A stretch of DNA of 64,000 bases, from NCBI GenBank assembly GCA_963833125.1, contig CAWHWX010000019.1:64001-128000 (forward strand). Direction: 5' to 3'. How positions within the stretch are numbered: position 1 is the stretch's first letter; every line of letters starts with the position of its first letter. The notes beneath the pieces are model-generated. The model searched no databases, was not told the DNA's origin, and saw only the letters and a list, made by a program, of their open reading frames with translations. The translations under genes and the position numbers were made by a program. Below, in pieces: positions 1-9,416 of this stretch. This stretch comes from Candidatus Bathyarchaeota archaeon (GTDB taxonomy: Archaea; Thermoproteota; Bathyarchaeia; 40CM-2-53-6).

Positions 1-301
1 GGTTAAGAAGACTCTTGAGGGCTCAATTGCTTAACTTCGAGATTTCGATCGGTGGAACCACTTCAATTGACATTACGAGAAAGGGGGTAAACAAGACGCT
101 ATGCGTAAAGAAGCTGAAAGAGCGATTAGGTCTGAAACACAAAGACATGCTATTCGTCGGGGATGCCCTGTTCAGAGGCGGAAACGACTACATCATGAAG
201 AGCACAGGTATCCAGGTGCATACTCGGTCCCTGGCCCGAGGCAAACAAAGGAACTGATAACAAGAATAATTCATGGCCGCAATTCCGTACATCCTGTCTA
301 A
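1..301 (+). CDS. HAD-IIB family hydrolase / phosphomannomutase-like, 5'-truncated by the window edge, frameshift near 220
   Basis: GGTTSIDIT..GVNK and FVGDALFRGGNDY motifs (HAD motif IV of PMM-type enzymes). Confidence 0.75.
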
Positions 302-379
302 GATACGACGTTCGATAGGATGGAGAACGATGTTATGTGACAGCAGTTGCCCCAAACATTGAATCTTGGGGACTGTACT

Positions 380-1615
380 ATGAAGTACCAATTTGCAGAC
401 AGATCTGACCTGTTCTCTAGAATCCGACCACGTGTTGGTCCGCTAGGTGCGAGGGTTTTCTCTCCAGAGCCGACCGTTCGTACCCTGATCGTCTACAATC
501 TGCTGCAGGGCTTGTATCTTGGATACATCAGGGTCTTTTGGCAGCCGTGGTTGGTTTCCCTTGGAATCTCTATTGTGACAATCGGCGTCTTGGAGAGTGG
601 TGCGGGGAGATACGGGGCGATATCCGGTTTAATGCAAGTGGTGGGAGGGAGGTTCTCGGACCGCCGGGGACGCAGGAGGCTAATTCTTGTGGGGAGTGGT
701 TTTCTCATCGCGTGCTGGTTGACATCCGCGAGTGCGTTCTTCATCGGTTCCCGTTGGCTCGTATATCTCGCCTATCTCCTCTGGGGTCTCAGCCTTCTCT
801 CACTCCCCGTTATCGACGCGACGATGGCCGACTACATCAAGACGCCTGACCGCGCACGAGTGTACAGCACCATGCTCGTTGCGAACTTCATACCGGGCTC
901 AGTAACCGGATTCCTTGCGGGACAGTACGGAGCTTCCCTGAGTCCGCAGCTTCTCCTTGTGCTCGCGGCTGGCCTCGAGACGGTAGGCTTTGCTCTGATC
1001 TTCGCCAAAGTTCGCAACAAAGGGGGAGCGAATGGGATTCAAAGAGCTTCGCTCACTCTTAGGGCCACGTGGGATGGTATCCGTCAGTTTCGTGGGTTCT
1101 TCAGTATCTTCATGATGGACGCGATAGCTTGGTCGCTCGGAACTGGAATCTTGTATGCTCTTCTCTCAACTCGGGGCTTCACCCAGTTTGAATTCGGAGC
1201 TGTAGCTCTCACGCAGCCCATCGGCGTTGTGTTGGGCACCGTTCCTGGGGGGTGGTTGACGCATCGCATAGGTGCGAAAAGGTTGCTCCTGACATCGGAA
1301 ATCCTGGGAGGGGTAATGGTATTGGGATGGGCCTTCTACCTGGTTGAGCCTATGGTTCCTCTATACGGGATCGTGTGGGGTTTCACGATTTCAACTTGGG
1401 TGCCCGCACAGTTCCACTTGTCGGCGGCCATGTTCCCAGAAGAGAGGAGGGGAGAAATGCTCGGCGCCCTAGCAACCTCAGTTTACCTCGTCCGTATCGC
1501 AGGGCCCATCGCGGCGGCCGGGTTGTATCTCGCCTTCGGCTATCCAGCCCCGATGATCGTGGGCGGCATCGCAATATTTGCTAACATCGTTTTGATCAGG
1601 AAGTTCCTGCCTTAG
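380..1615 (+). CDS. MFS transporter
   Basis: About 12 hydrophobic segments; MFS motif A GRFSDRRGRR; start could be 347 or 380. Confidence 0.85.
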   Translation: MKYQFADRSDLFSRIRPRVGPLGARVFSPEPTVRTLIVYNLLQGLYLGYIRVFWQPWLVSLGISIVTIGVLESGAGRYGAISGLMQVVGGRFSDRRGRRRLILVGSGFLIACWLTSASAFFIGSRWLVYLAYLLWGLSLLSLPVIDATMADYIKTPDRARVYSTMLVANFIPGSVTGFLAGQYGASLSPQLLLVLAAGLETVGFALIFAKVRNKGGANGIQRASLTLRATWDGIRQFRGFFSIFMMDAIAWSLGTGILYALLSTRGFTQFEFGAVALTQPIGVVLGTVPGGWLTHRIGAKRLLLTSEILGGVMVLGWAFYLVEPMVPLYGIVWGFTISTWVPAQFHLSAAMFPEERRGEMLGALATSVYLVRIAGPIAAAGLYLAFGYPAPMIVGGIAIFANIVLIRKFLP

Positions 1616-1704
1616 AACGAAGTTCGTATTCCCAAGAGCCCTTCCTTCGATCAAACACGAAAACCAGAAATCTGCACCTTATTGTACGTACGAACGTGTG
1701 AATC

Positions 1705-2601
1705 ATGCTACATCGGTATGAGGACGGGTATGCGACTGTTTCAGGGTACAAACTGTACTACAAGATCTTCGGTCCCGATAACCCCGAGACGCTTCTATGC
1801 ATTCACGGCGGACCAGGACTAACGCACGACTACATTCTATCCATGGCAGACTTGGCTAAAGATGGTTTCAAGGTTGTATTTTATGATCAGTTAGGTTGCG
1901 GAAAGTCAGATGTGCCCAAGAACCTGAACATGTTCACTATCGAGAGGGCTGTTGAGGATCTAGAAGGGTTCAGAAGCGAGATGAACCTTGGGAAGGTGCA
2001 CTTGTTCGGCTCAAGCTACGGCGGACTCCTAGCTATTGCATACGCTCTGAAATATCAAAAGAATTTGAAATCGCTGATTAGCGCCGGCGGGCTTGCCAGT
2101 GTGCCTCATGCGACATTGTGCATGGAGGAGCTCAAGGCTCAGCTACCACGAGAGGTTCGCGAGGTCATGAGGAAGTATGAGGACGCGGGCGATTATGCGA
2201 ACCCGGAATATGTGAAGGCTGTGGATGTTTTCTACAAGAACTACTTTTGCCGACTTCCCGAATGGCCGAAGGAGGTCGTGTATTCCCTCGAACACGTAAG
2301 TCTACCCGTTTATGGGACTATGAATGGCCCAAACGAGTTCACGATAGTTGGAAACATTCGACACTGGGACGTAAGCGCTCAGCTTGGGAAGATTCGAGTT
2401 CCGACGCTGGTCACCGCGGGAAAGTTTGACGAGGTCTCTCCGAAAGAAGCGAGAAGCATACACAACGGAATAAAGGGCTCAAGGCTGGTTATCTTCCAGA
2501 AAAGCGCACACCTCACCATGTGGGAAGAACGCGACAAATACATGGAAGTCATGCGAGACTTCCTAAACAGCGTAACGAAGAAAAATCGACGGAAACCCTG
2601 A
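1705..2601 (+). CDS. pip: Proline iminopeptidase (tricorn-interacting factor F1-like alpha/beta hydrolase)
   Basis: HGGPG, YDQLGCGKS, GSSYGG nucleophile elbow, MNGPNEF, SAH catalytic His. Confidence 0.9.
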   Translation: MLHRYEDGYATVSGYKLYYKIFGPDNPETLLCIHGGPGLTHDYILSMADLAKDGFKVVFYDQLGCGKSDVPKNLNMFTIERAVEDLEGFRSEMNLGKVHLFGSSYGGLLAIAYALKYQKNLKSLISAGGLASVPHATLCMEELKAQLPREVREVMRKYEDAGDYANPEYVKAVDVFYKNYFCRLPEWPKEVVYSLEHVSLPVYGTMNGPNEFTIVGNIRHWDVSAQLGKIRVPTLVTAGKFDEVSPKEARSIHNGIKGSRLVIFQKSAHLTMWEERDKYMEVMRDFLNSVTKKNRRKP

Positions 2602-2766
2602 GATTTCGAAGACAGCGGATAAGGGATGCTCAGGCGTGGAGTTCAGATGAGTACCTTTTGACGCGAACGAATGGATTAGGGTAACGACTTTGAGCGGAAG
2701 GCCTTACTCAGATAGAATATCGAGAGAATATTCAGCTAACCTCTGATTATTTTCGTTAAGAGAGCC

Positions 2767-2772
2767 TTAATA
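2767..2772 (+). promoter_or_regulatory. Probable TATA box of the TRAM gene
   Basis: TTAATA about 25 nt upstream of a structured leader; RBS GAGGTG at 2888-2893. Confidence 0.5.
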
Positions 2773-2899
2773 GACACGGCTGCGTGGTTACTGGTGAGTT
2801 AGGTATACGGGCTGAAGCGAACGTCCTACCGTAATCATCCGTGTCGGCGTCCTATTTCTCCCGAGAAACTAGCTGAACCAAACTAACGAGGTGAAACGC

Positions 2900-3106
2900 A
2901 TGAGCTTTGAACGTTCGATGAACAAGCCAGTTGAGGAAGGCAAGGAATACGAACTCGAGATCAAAGAGACTAGCCGTCGCGGTGACGGAGTCGCAAGGAT
3001 CGAGGGTTTCGTAGTTTTCGTCCCCCAATCCAAACCTGGCGATAAGGTTAAGGTCAAAATTAATTCTGTTGGACCAAGATTCGCAACCGGCGAAATAGTC
3101 CCATAG
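2900..3106 (+). CDS. Single TRAM-domain RNA-binding protein (archaeal cold-shock-like)
   Basis: KPVEEGKEYELEI..SRRGDGVARIEGFVVFVP..KPGDKVKVKI; ATG at 2900 follows GAGGTG RBS. Confidence 0.9.
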   Translation: MSFERSMNKPVEEGKEYELEIKETSRRGDGVARIEGFVVFVPQSKPGDKVKVKINSVGPRFATGEIVP

Positions 3107-3111
3107 AAACC

Positions 3112-3131
3112 TGGGAGTTTTTTTTCTCCCA
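3112..3131 (+). terminator. U-tract terminator within a TGGGAG/CTCCCA inverted repeat
   Basis: TGGGAG-TTTTTTTT-CTCCCA immediately after the TRAM stop codon. Confidence 0.6.
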
Positions 3132-3219
3132 TACCCTATTTCTCTAAACCTGAGTATTACTGCTGACTAACGACAGAAACGTTAGAATTGTTTGATTCAG
3201 ATTTCGAAGAGAATGCCAG

Positions 3220-3915
3220 TCAGTTCATTTCAGTGGCCGCCAAAAACCTACTCAAGTATTCGCTGAGCAAACTTCGGTACTCCTCTGGGGTTATGTCTTC
3301 CTTCAAATTGATCATCGTGTTCAGAAAGTACTCGTACTGTGTCGAAATTTCTGGCGGTGCGAGGTGGAGGAATTTTTCATTCAGCGTCTCAGCTCTTCCA
3401 TCTATATCTTCTATCTCGTGCCTCGTCATTTGGCTGATTGCGCGGGCGTTGTTTGCCATTATCGAAGCGTTAAGCCACCGGTCTTTGATCGGATCACCGG
3501 TTTCGACGAGTTCGTCCTTGATCCAATCCTGAAGGAAACGGGTGAGTTGATCTTCGGAAACCAACCCATCCCGGATTACATTCACGGCAATGTCGTCCGC
3601 GTACAGGTCTTCAATATTGTTCACGAGCTCCCCAACGATTTTCTGCTGATAGTCGTAGCGTATCGCGTCTCCGAGACTGCCGATTACGGAATCAATGATG
3701 AGCGCATCATGTGACGGATGGTTTGTTCGCATACGGTAAATGTGCGACATTTCATGAACTAGCAACCCTTCCAGCATGCCAGAATCTATAGCGTTCCCGG
3801 AAACGGTTATCCTAAATTTCTTGCCTTGAGGTTTTGTATAACCCATGAACGGGAGCGTCGGATCTATGGTAACGTCCACTCCGTCTCCTATCTCAAAACC
3901 GTGTTGGGCCATCAT
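3220..3915 (-). CDS. HEXXH zinc-metalloprotease-like protein (DUF5781-like)
   Basis: LLVHEMSHIYR...HPSH...EDLYAD; 5' end may be affected by an indel. Confidence 0.65.
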   Translation of the reverse strand: MMAQHGFEIGDGVDVTIDPTLPFMGYTKPQGKKFRITVSGNAIDSGMLEGLLVHEMSHIYRMRTNHPSHDALIIDSVIGSLGDAIRYDYQQKIVGELVNNIEDLYADDIAVNVIRDGLVSEDQLTRFLQDWIKDELVETGDPIKDRWLNASIMANNARAISQMTRHEIEDIDGRAETLNEKFLHLAPPEISTQYEYFLNTMINLKEDITPEEYRSLLSEYLSRFLAATEMN

Positions 3916-4005
3916 CTCGAGGCTTCGCCGAACGCTTCCGCGACCTGTTGCTTCGCAGTTTCGCTAATTGTCCGTTTTTGAGAGTCCACTTTCATTTATG
4001 ACGGT

Positions 4006-4725
4006 TCACTGATCTTGGTTTGTGAATTCCATTAGTCCGTCTCTGAACTTGATGCTTGCGTGACTGCCGTTGCAAAACGGCATGTTGCTTGAGGCCCCAC
4101 AGCGGCAGAGCGTTACTCGGTTCCTCACTTCATAGGGTGTGCCGTTCTCTGATTCGATCCTTATGCCTCCTCGAACCCAAAGCGGGCCGCTGCAACCGAG
4201 TGCTGGATCTTCAACCACGCCGATGGAAGGGGGCAGCTTATGCTCAATCTCCTTACCTGTCTTCTTATCGTGTAAGACCAGTCGTCCCGCTGGGCAATGA
4301 TTCGCCTCCCTTATGACTAGCTCACGTGCCTCCGGATTGTCAGTTTGTCCAATCAGGCCCCAAATCTTGCCTCCAGGATCGCAGAATCGCGCGAAGGCAC
4401 AGAGTTGTTCAGCGTCGTCTAGAGTCATTGTTGGCCCGTCAAAAGTTTCTGATTGTCTTGCCAGGGGCGTTCGACTCGCTGTCTCTTTTCCGTGGAATCT
4501 AATTTTCTTATGAGTGCCATCACAGAACGGTTTGGTTTTTGAGCGCCCGCAACGACAGAGGCTGTATTCGGATTTTGTTTCGAAGGTCTTACCCTGCTTC
4601 CAGTCCCACGAGAAATCCTCCTCATTCGGTGTAATTATCTGTGTAGAGAGGGGAATGTTCCCTGAGACGAGATAGGGTCCATCCTCGGACACCAATATCT
4701 TTTTTCCGTCAGACAAACCGTTCAT
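4006..4725 (-). CDS. CDGSH-type iron-sulfur protein with two CDGSH domains and a central Cys-rich domain
   Basis: LCRCGRSKTKPFCDGTH and LCRCGASSNMPFCNGSH; central CAFARFC..CPAGRL. Confidence 0.9.
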   Translation of the reverse strand: MNGLSDGKKILVSEDGPYLVSGNIPLSTQIITPNEEDFSWDWKQGKTFETKSEYSLCRCGRSKTKPFCDGTHKKIRFHGKETASRTPLARQSETFDGPTMTLDDAEQLCAFARFCDPGGKIWGLIGQTDNPEARELVIREANHCPAGRLVLHDKKTGKEIEHKLPPSIGVVEDPALGCSGPLWVRGGIRIESENGTPYEVRNRVTLCRCGASSNMPFCNGSHASIKFRDGLMEFTNQDQ

Positions 4726-4931
4726 CTATTCTCCGGAAATGATCGCGTTTTAAGAAGTTGCCGCCTGCATACAGATATGCTGTCAACACAGATGAAAACC
4801 GCGTTCAGGCTGGAAGAATGGGTGGTTCAGAATGCGAAGACTCGCACAGTTTCCATCGATCCGATCAACGCCACAACCAGTGAAAGCCTGAGTCAGGTCA
4901 GGAAATTGAGTCGAGTTGGTTCAGTTAGTGT

Positions 4932-5282
4932 CTAATGGAGACTCTGAAGGATTTGAGGTGCAAAGATAATGAGCGCAAGTAAACCTACCGCGAGTCCCGT
5001 GAAAAATCCGGCTATGTGACGAAACGGTTGATGTGCCACGAAACCAATAACGGTCGCAGGCAAACCTGTGGATACAAAGTAGTCAGCTAAAGGTACAAGC
5101 AAAGACAACAGCACGATCCATAGCATGTACTGATGAATCTTCGACGCAACATTCGCTAGGTCGGGGCTAACGCTGTTAGCTCGACCGAGCCCGATTATGC
5201 CGATGACAAAACCGACAACTAAACCAATCACCGTTGCCGTAGAGACCTTCATTACCACAACATTTCCTCTCCGTCTCGCCAC
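4932..5282 (-). CDS. Hypothetical membrane protein (about 3 TM)
   Basis: Three hydrophobic segments in a 116-aa ORF. Confidence 0.55.
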   Translation of the reverse strand: MARRRGNVVVMKVSTATVIGLVVGFVIGIIGLGRANSVSPDLANVASKIHQYMLWIVLLSLLVPLADYFVSTGLPATVIGFVAHQPFRHIAGFFTGLAVGLLALIIFAPQILQSLH

Positions 5283-5499
5283 GTAGTCCTCTTGTTATCT
5301 TAAGGCTTGTTCTACCAATTCGACTCGACCGGCTAGATGTTTCGAAACAACACTCAGGTGATGTGACCTCTCTCTGAAGCAACGGCATACGAATGTTAAA
5401 GATCGATTCGACGATCAGTTTCGCAGGATTCCTGGGTCGCTCACACTTTAATGGCCGTTCATCGTTAAAGGGGATGGATTACGGGAAGCAACCGGACAA

Positions 5500-5930
5500 T
5501 CACTCGGTGCGACGCCTAGCCCAGCGGGCGATGCCGATGATCGCTGCCACTATGCCAATCAATAGTAGTACACCTATGGCAGCTGACCCGACTATCGCGA
5601 TGATAGCCGGTACGATGACACCAAACATCCAGAATGGAATTATGACCCCCAGACCAATACGCCTGAACAAAGCTATCCCAATACCTACGCCAGGTACGAT
5701 AGAGTCCGATCCAATCATTATCAAAGGCGCAAGGTACAAACCAAATTTGTCTACAACAAGGTCGAAGCCGAATATCAACCCGATAACAAAGTACCAGTCA
5801 AGGCCAGCAAAGTTCCATCCGCCAACCCCTTGTGTTCATTATCTCTGCCTGGAGCACCCTGGCCAGAAATGCCGTCCGCGGCTACACCAACAGTAACCGA
5901 AACCCATCCTCTATCGCCAAACTCCCACAT
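5500..5930 (-). CDS. Hypothetical membrane protein, probably frameshifted
   Basis: Hydrophobic ORF 5500-5778 ending RWARRRTE; the upstream part continues in a shifted frame to an ATG at 5930. Confidence 0.45.
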
Positions 5931-6198
5931 GTCAGACGCCCTCCATTACTAATCCGAACGGTATGACATGAGGAGCAATTAAGCCCCACGTACTCTTTGT
6001 AGCCACATGCGCCTGTTCATCTACTTGATTTTCTTAAACCCGAAAATGCTCTGGCTATTCTAGTTAAGAAAGAGGCAACAAACGATAGAACCCAAAGGGC
6101 TAGTCCGAAGATCAGATCGGAAAGTGATTCGACACTGATCTTGATTCTCGGCGTCTCGTTGTTTTCCACTTAAGGCAACTCGTTGTATTCTACGCTTT

Positions 6199-6882
6199 TC
6201 AGTCAGGTATCACGACAGGTTTTCGGTGTTGCGCTTTGTAAGAGATTATCCTTGCCGAGGCGGAGAAGATGACTATCGTAATTGCTGTTATGACCAGGGG
6301 ATTTGGGATCCATCGCACAAGTCCTTCGTATGAAGCCCAGAATACCAATGCTCCTACTAGGAGCCCTACCCCAGTACCTACCATAGCTGTGGAGACTTTC
6401 ACGTCGAGCAAGTAGGCTATCACGATCGTGACCCACCAGCCAATGAGGAAAGTGGAGACAGCGATGACGCCGATTATTCCAAATGCACCCGCGTGGGTGA
6501 CTAGGTAGGTGGATATGGGACCGTACTGTTTCCTTATCCGCGCTAGATGGGGCGCTACACGCTCATATTGATCAATTGAATGTAAGATTCTTAGGCCGGC
6601 GTAAGTCGTGAAGGCGAGAATCGGTACGACGAGTCCGATTGATACGTAGCTTGGAAGTCCTAATCTTGTTCCGAGGGCGATGGCGAAACCAAAACCGCCT
6701 AACAGTGCTAGGATTATGAATTGGGAAGGCCATGCGCTCAGGAGACCTCCAACAATAGCCCCGATTAAGAAGGTGAGTCCAATCGTGAGTAACGGATAGG
6801 CGTTCAGGAATCTGCGCAACGAACTGATTTCAGTAAAAAACGTCGAGTAAAACTGTTGCCTAGCGCTTCTAGCTCTCTCCAT
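6199..6882 (-). CDS. Multi-pass membrane protein
   Basis: 227-aa ORF with 6-7 hydrophobic helices. Confidence 0.65.
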   Translation of the reverse strand: MERARSARQQFYSTFFTEISSLRRFLNAYPLLTIGLTFLIGAIVGGLLSAWPSQFIILALLGGFGFAIALGTRLGLPSYVSIGLVVPILAFTTYAGLRILHSIDQYERVAPHLARIRKQYGPISTYLVTHAGAFGIIGVIAVSTFLIGWWVTIVIAYLLDVKVSTAMVGTGVGLLVGALVFWASYEGLVRWIPNPLVITAITIVIFSASARIISYKAQHRKPVVIPD

Positions 6883-7164
6883 GACACAGAGGCCTCTTTC
6901 ATCTCGCTTATGGCGATTCTTGATTTAAGTCACTACTTACAATTCTTCTTGATTTTCTCCCTCCTTTCCAATTACAATTAACTACAAACGACACGGCGCT
7001 TTTTAATAGAAGAAGGAATTGACGGTACACTGATGATCTTCCCGCTTGGGTTAAAATTCGTTTGAGATTAACGTAACCACCTTATGTCGGTCATTGGTCT
7101 GATAGTGATTGGAGCAGGTGTAATGTCAGTTGACTCTTTCCTTGAATTCTAGGGAGCGAAACAA

Positions 7165-7587
7165 TTGAGCCACGTTGCTATGAATGATTTGGAGCTTCGA
7201 GAGTTCCTCTCTCAACCCTTGATCGCTGATATCGTAACCCTGAAAAAGGATGGTTCTCCGCAGATCACGCCAGTCGATTATTATTTCGACGGTACCTACC
7301 TCTATTTCTCAACCACTACTGACCGGGCGAAAGGTAGGAATGTAAAACGTGACAACAGAATCGCCGTCTCCATCCGAAACGAGAACGCTCACAAAGTGGT
7401 ACTCTTCGCAGGCACCGCCGACATTTTGGATGACAAGGACCATGCTCTGATTCGTAGTATCGTTGCTAGATACTGGCCGTCAGACAAGGTCGACGGAATT
7501 CTAAGCGGTCTGGAGGCCAACCGAATCATACTCCGAATGAAGCCAACCAAGACGATTAGCTGGGACTACAGCAAGTCAGGGAACTAG
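7165..7587 (+). CDS. PPOX-class (pyridoxamine oxidase-like) putative F420-dependent oxidoreductase
   Basis: TLKKDGSPQITPV..YFST..RAKGRNVKRDNRIAVSI..ISWDY. Confidence 0.85.
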   Translation: MSHVAMNDLELREFLSQPLIADIVTLKKDGSPQITPVDYYFDGTYLYFSTTTDRAKGRNVKRDNRIAVSIRNENAHKVVLFAGTADILDDKDHALIRSIVARYWPSDKVDGILSGLEANRIILRMKPTKTISWDYSKSGN

Positions 7588-7677
7588 CAGATCATGGTCT
7601 CCGACGGATAGCTCGCGAGCAAGCTTCTTCTTGAAAGGGACGGATTAACAGCAATCTTCCTGATTCACAATCTGTGA

Positions 7678-8112
7678 TTGGGTGAATTTGATTTGCCAAA
7701 GAAATTTAGTCTCAAGCGTGACATTCCGGAGGAGCATTCTTGGGTGCTGCAGCAGCTCTCAAGCAACGCGCTGACACTTGCGGGGTTTTCATTCGCCTCT
7801 TTAGTGTTCATGATTGGTCTTCTTGGAAACTCCTTTCCGGTGTCGGCGGAGGTCGGTCTCCTGCTTTGCACAATCACTTTCGCTACTGCGGGAGAAATGG
7901 CGAGGACCTCATATAGTTTAGAGGAGTATATCGTTTCGGAAAGCGTATATTTCATCTCACTGATCTTGCTCTTTTACAACTTCATAACGCTAACCTACGA
8001 GTCGCTTCACGGCTGGGGAGTCATTCCCATCGTCGCCGCAATTGTCGGTCTTGTCTATGTTATCTGGAGAACGTTCGCTAACTTCAGGCTACTGAGAAGA
8101 ACTGGACCTTGA
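7678..8112 (+). CDS. Hypothetical membrane protein (4 TM)
   Basis: Four hydrophobic segments. Confidence 0.55.
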   Translation: MGEFDLPKKFSLKRDIPEEHSWVLQQLSSNALTLAGFSFASLVFMIGLLGNSFPVSAEVGLLLCTITFATAGEMARTSYSLEEYIVSESVYFISLILLFYNFITLTYESLHGWGVIPIVAAIVGLVYVIWRTFANFRLLRRTGP

Positions 8113-8245
8113 TAAGAATTGCAAACGCTAATGTGATAGCCGGCAGAAGTCCAATCAACAGTTCACATAATGCTGCCATCGCGCAGCACCAGCTATACAC
8201 ACGCTTTCTTGACCGCGACCGACGACGAGGCGCCACGAACCGAAA

Positions 8246-8668
8246 TTAAGGGGAAGACGGTTGTTTGGATGGGAGTTGTGTGAATTGCCAGAGCCCGACT
8301 AAGTTGCCTTCTGTATCCCGGAAGTAGGCGGCGAAGCCGAAGTTTCCCACGGGCGTTCTTGGTTGGATGATTTTGCCTCCGTTCTGCTCGATAGTTGTCG
8401 CTGCTTCGTCAATGTTCTTCACGCTGATGTAGATGACGGGGGACTTGACTGTGTCATGTCGCTCCACCATGCCACCGTTTATGGCGCCTGGTTCCTTTGG
8501 GGTTCCTAGTACTCCGAGCTTATCAGCCTCAACGGTTCCGATTTGTGTGTAATGCATCGATGGAATCTCGTTCATCTTCCAGTCAAAGACTGTACCGTAG
8601 AATTTCCTTGCTCGCGCGAGGTTGTCGGCGGGTATTTCGAAGAATATTACCTTGTCCAAATTCCTCAC
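8246..8668 (-). CDS. VOC/glyoxalase family protein
   Basis: FFEIPADNLARARKFYGTVFDW...PGAINGGM...YFRDTEGNLVGLWQ. Confidence 0.9.
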   Translation of the reverse strand: MRNLDKVIFFEIPADNLARARKFYGTVFDWKMNEIPSMHYTQIGTVEADKLGVLGTPKEPGAINGGMVERHDTVKSPVIYISVKNIDEAATTIEQNGGKIIQPRTPVGNFGFAAYFRDTEGNLVGLWQFTQLPSKQPSSP

Positions 8669-8918
8669 CTCCGACCGCTCTACTCAGATTAGTACAAAAG
8701 TGTTAGTCGCTCCGAAGCCGGAGGGAAGAGGATAAGGCCTCCGATGGGCTCTCGGCAAAAGAACGTAAGGTAGGGCCATCGATTTCTCCATGGTCAGGGT
8801 TCAACTCTGTAATCGTTAGGCTCACCCAATTTCGCGCCTGCAGGAACACTCGAAGACTTGCCATGAACTGATCGAATCGAAGGCCCCTGTTGCGACGGCG
8901 GTTGTGGGTGGACGGGGT

Positions 8919-9383
8919 TTAGTGTTGTTTGGTTTCCTCCAGTCTGAAGTTGCGTATTGCGAGGCGAACTAGATCGCTTCTCCTTACAGAGTAGGTTTTC
9001 GCCATTTCATTCAACTTGATGATGAGGGAGTCGTTGATGGCAAGTTTGACCTTATGTTTCTTGCATGTCCCGAAAACTGATGGGTTGGGAGAACCGAACA
9101 GGTGCTCCAATGCTATGTTGACGATGCTGCTTAAGGGGAAACCGCCGTAAGACTGGGTCAGGTCCCGCAATTCACCGAGCTCATATTCGCAGAACCGCAA
9201 GGCAACTCTCGGTTTAGGCGGATTAGTCAACCCGAACCAAACACCCCCGGTGCCCTTCCTGAAGCGTTCTGACAATACCCTGACGTGTTCAGTCAGGATG
9301 GGGGAGTCCGAAGTGAATTCAATCCGCCTAACAACGAGCCCTACAAGGCTACCACGAACGCCCGATGGCACAAAAGTACCCAC
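8919..9383 (-). CDS. Putative tandem ribbon-helix-helix (CopG/Arc-like) DNA-binding protein; true start uncertain
   Basis: Two RHH-like units: RVALRF..ELRDL..LSSIVNIALE and KVKLAI..LNEMAK..RRSDLVRLAI. Confidence 0.55.
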   Translation of the reverse strand: MGTFVPSGVRGSLVGLVVRRIEFTSDSPILTEHVRVLSERFRKGTGGVWFGLTNPPKPRVALRFCEYELGELRDLTQSYGGFPLSSIVNIALEHLFGSPNPSVFGTCKKHKVKLAINDSLIIKLNEMAKTYSVRRSDLVRLAIRNFRLEETKQH

Positions 9384-9396
9384 CCCCAGGGGGTAT
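9372..9396 (-). terminator. GC hairpin plus U-tract downstream of tRNA-Trp
   Basis: Minus strand ATACCCCCTGGGGGTGGGTACTTTT. Confidence 0.45.
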
Positions 9397-9416
9397 CCGC
9401 ATCAAGCATGTGCATT

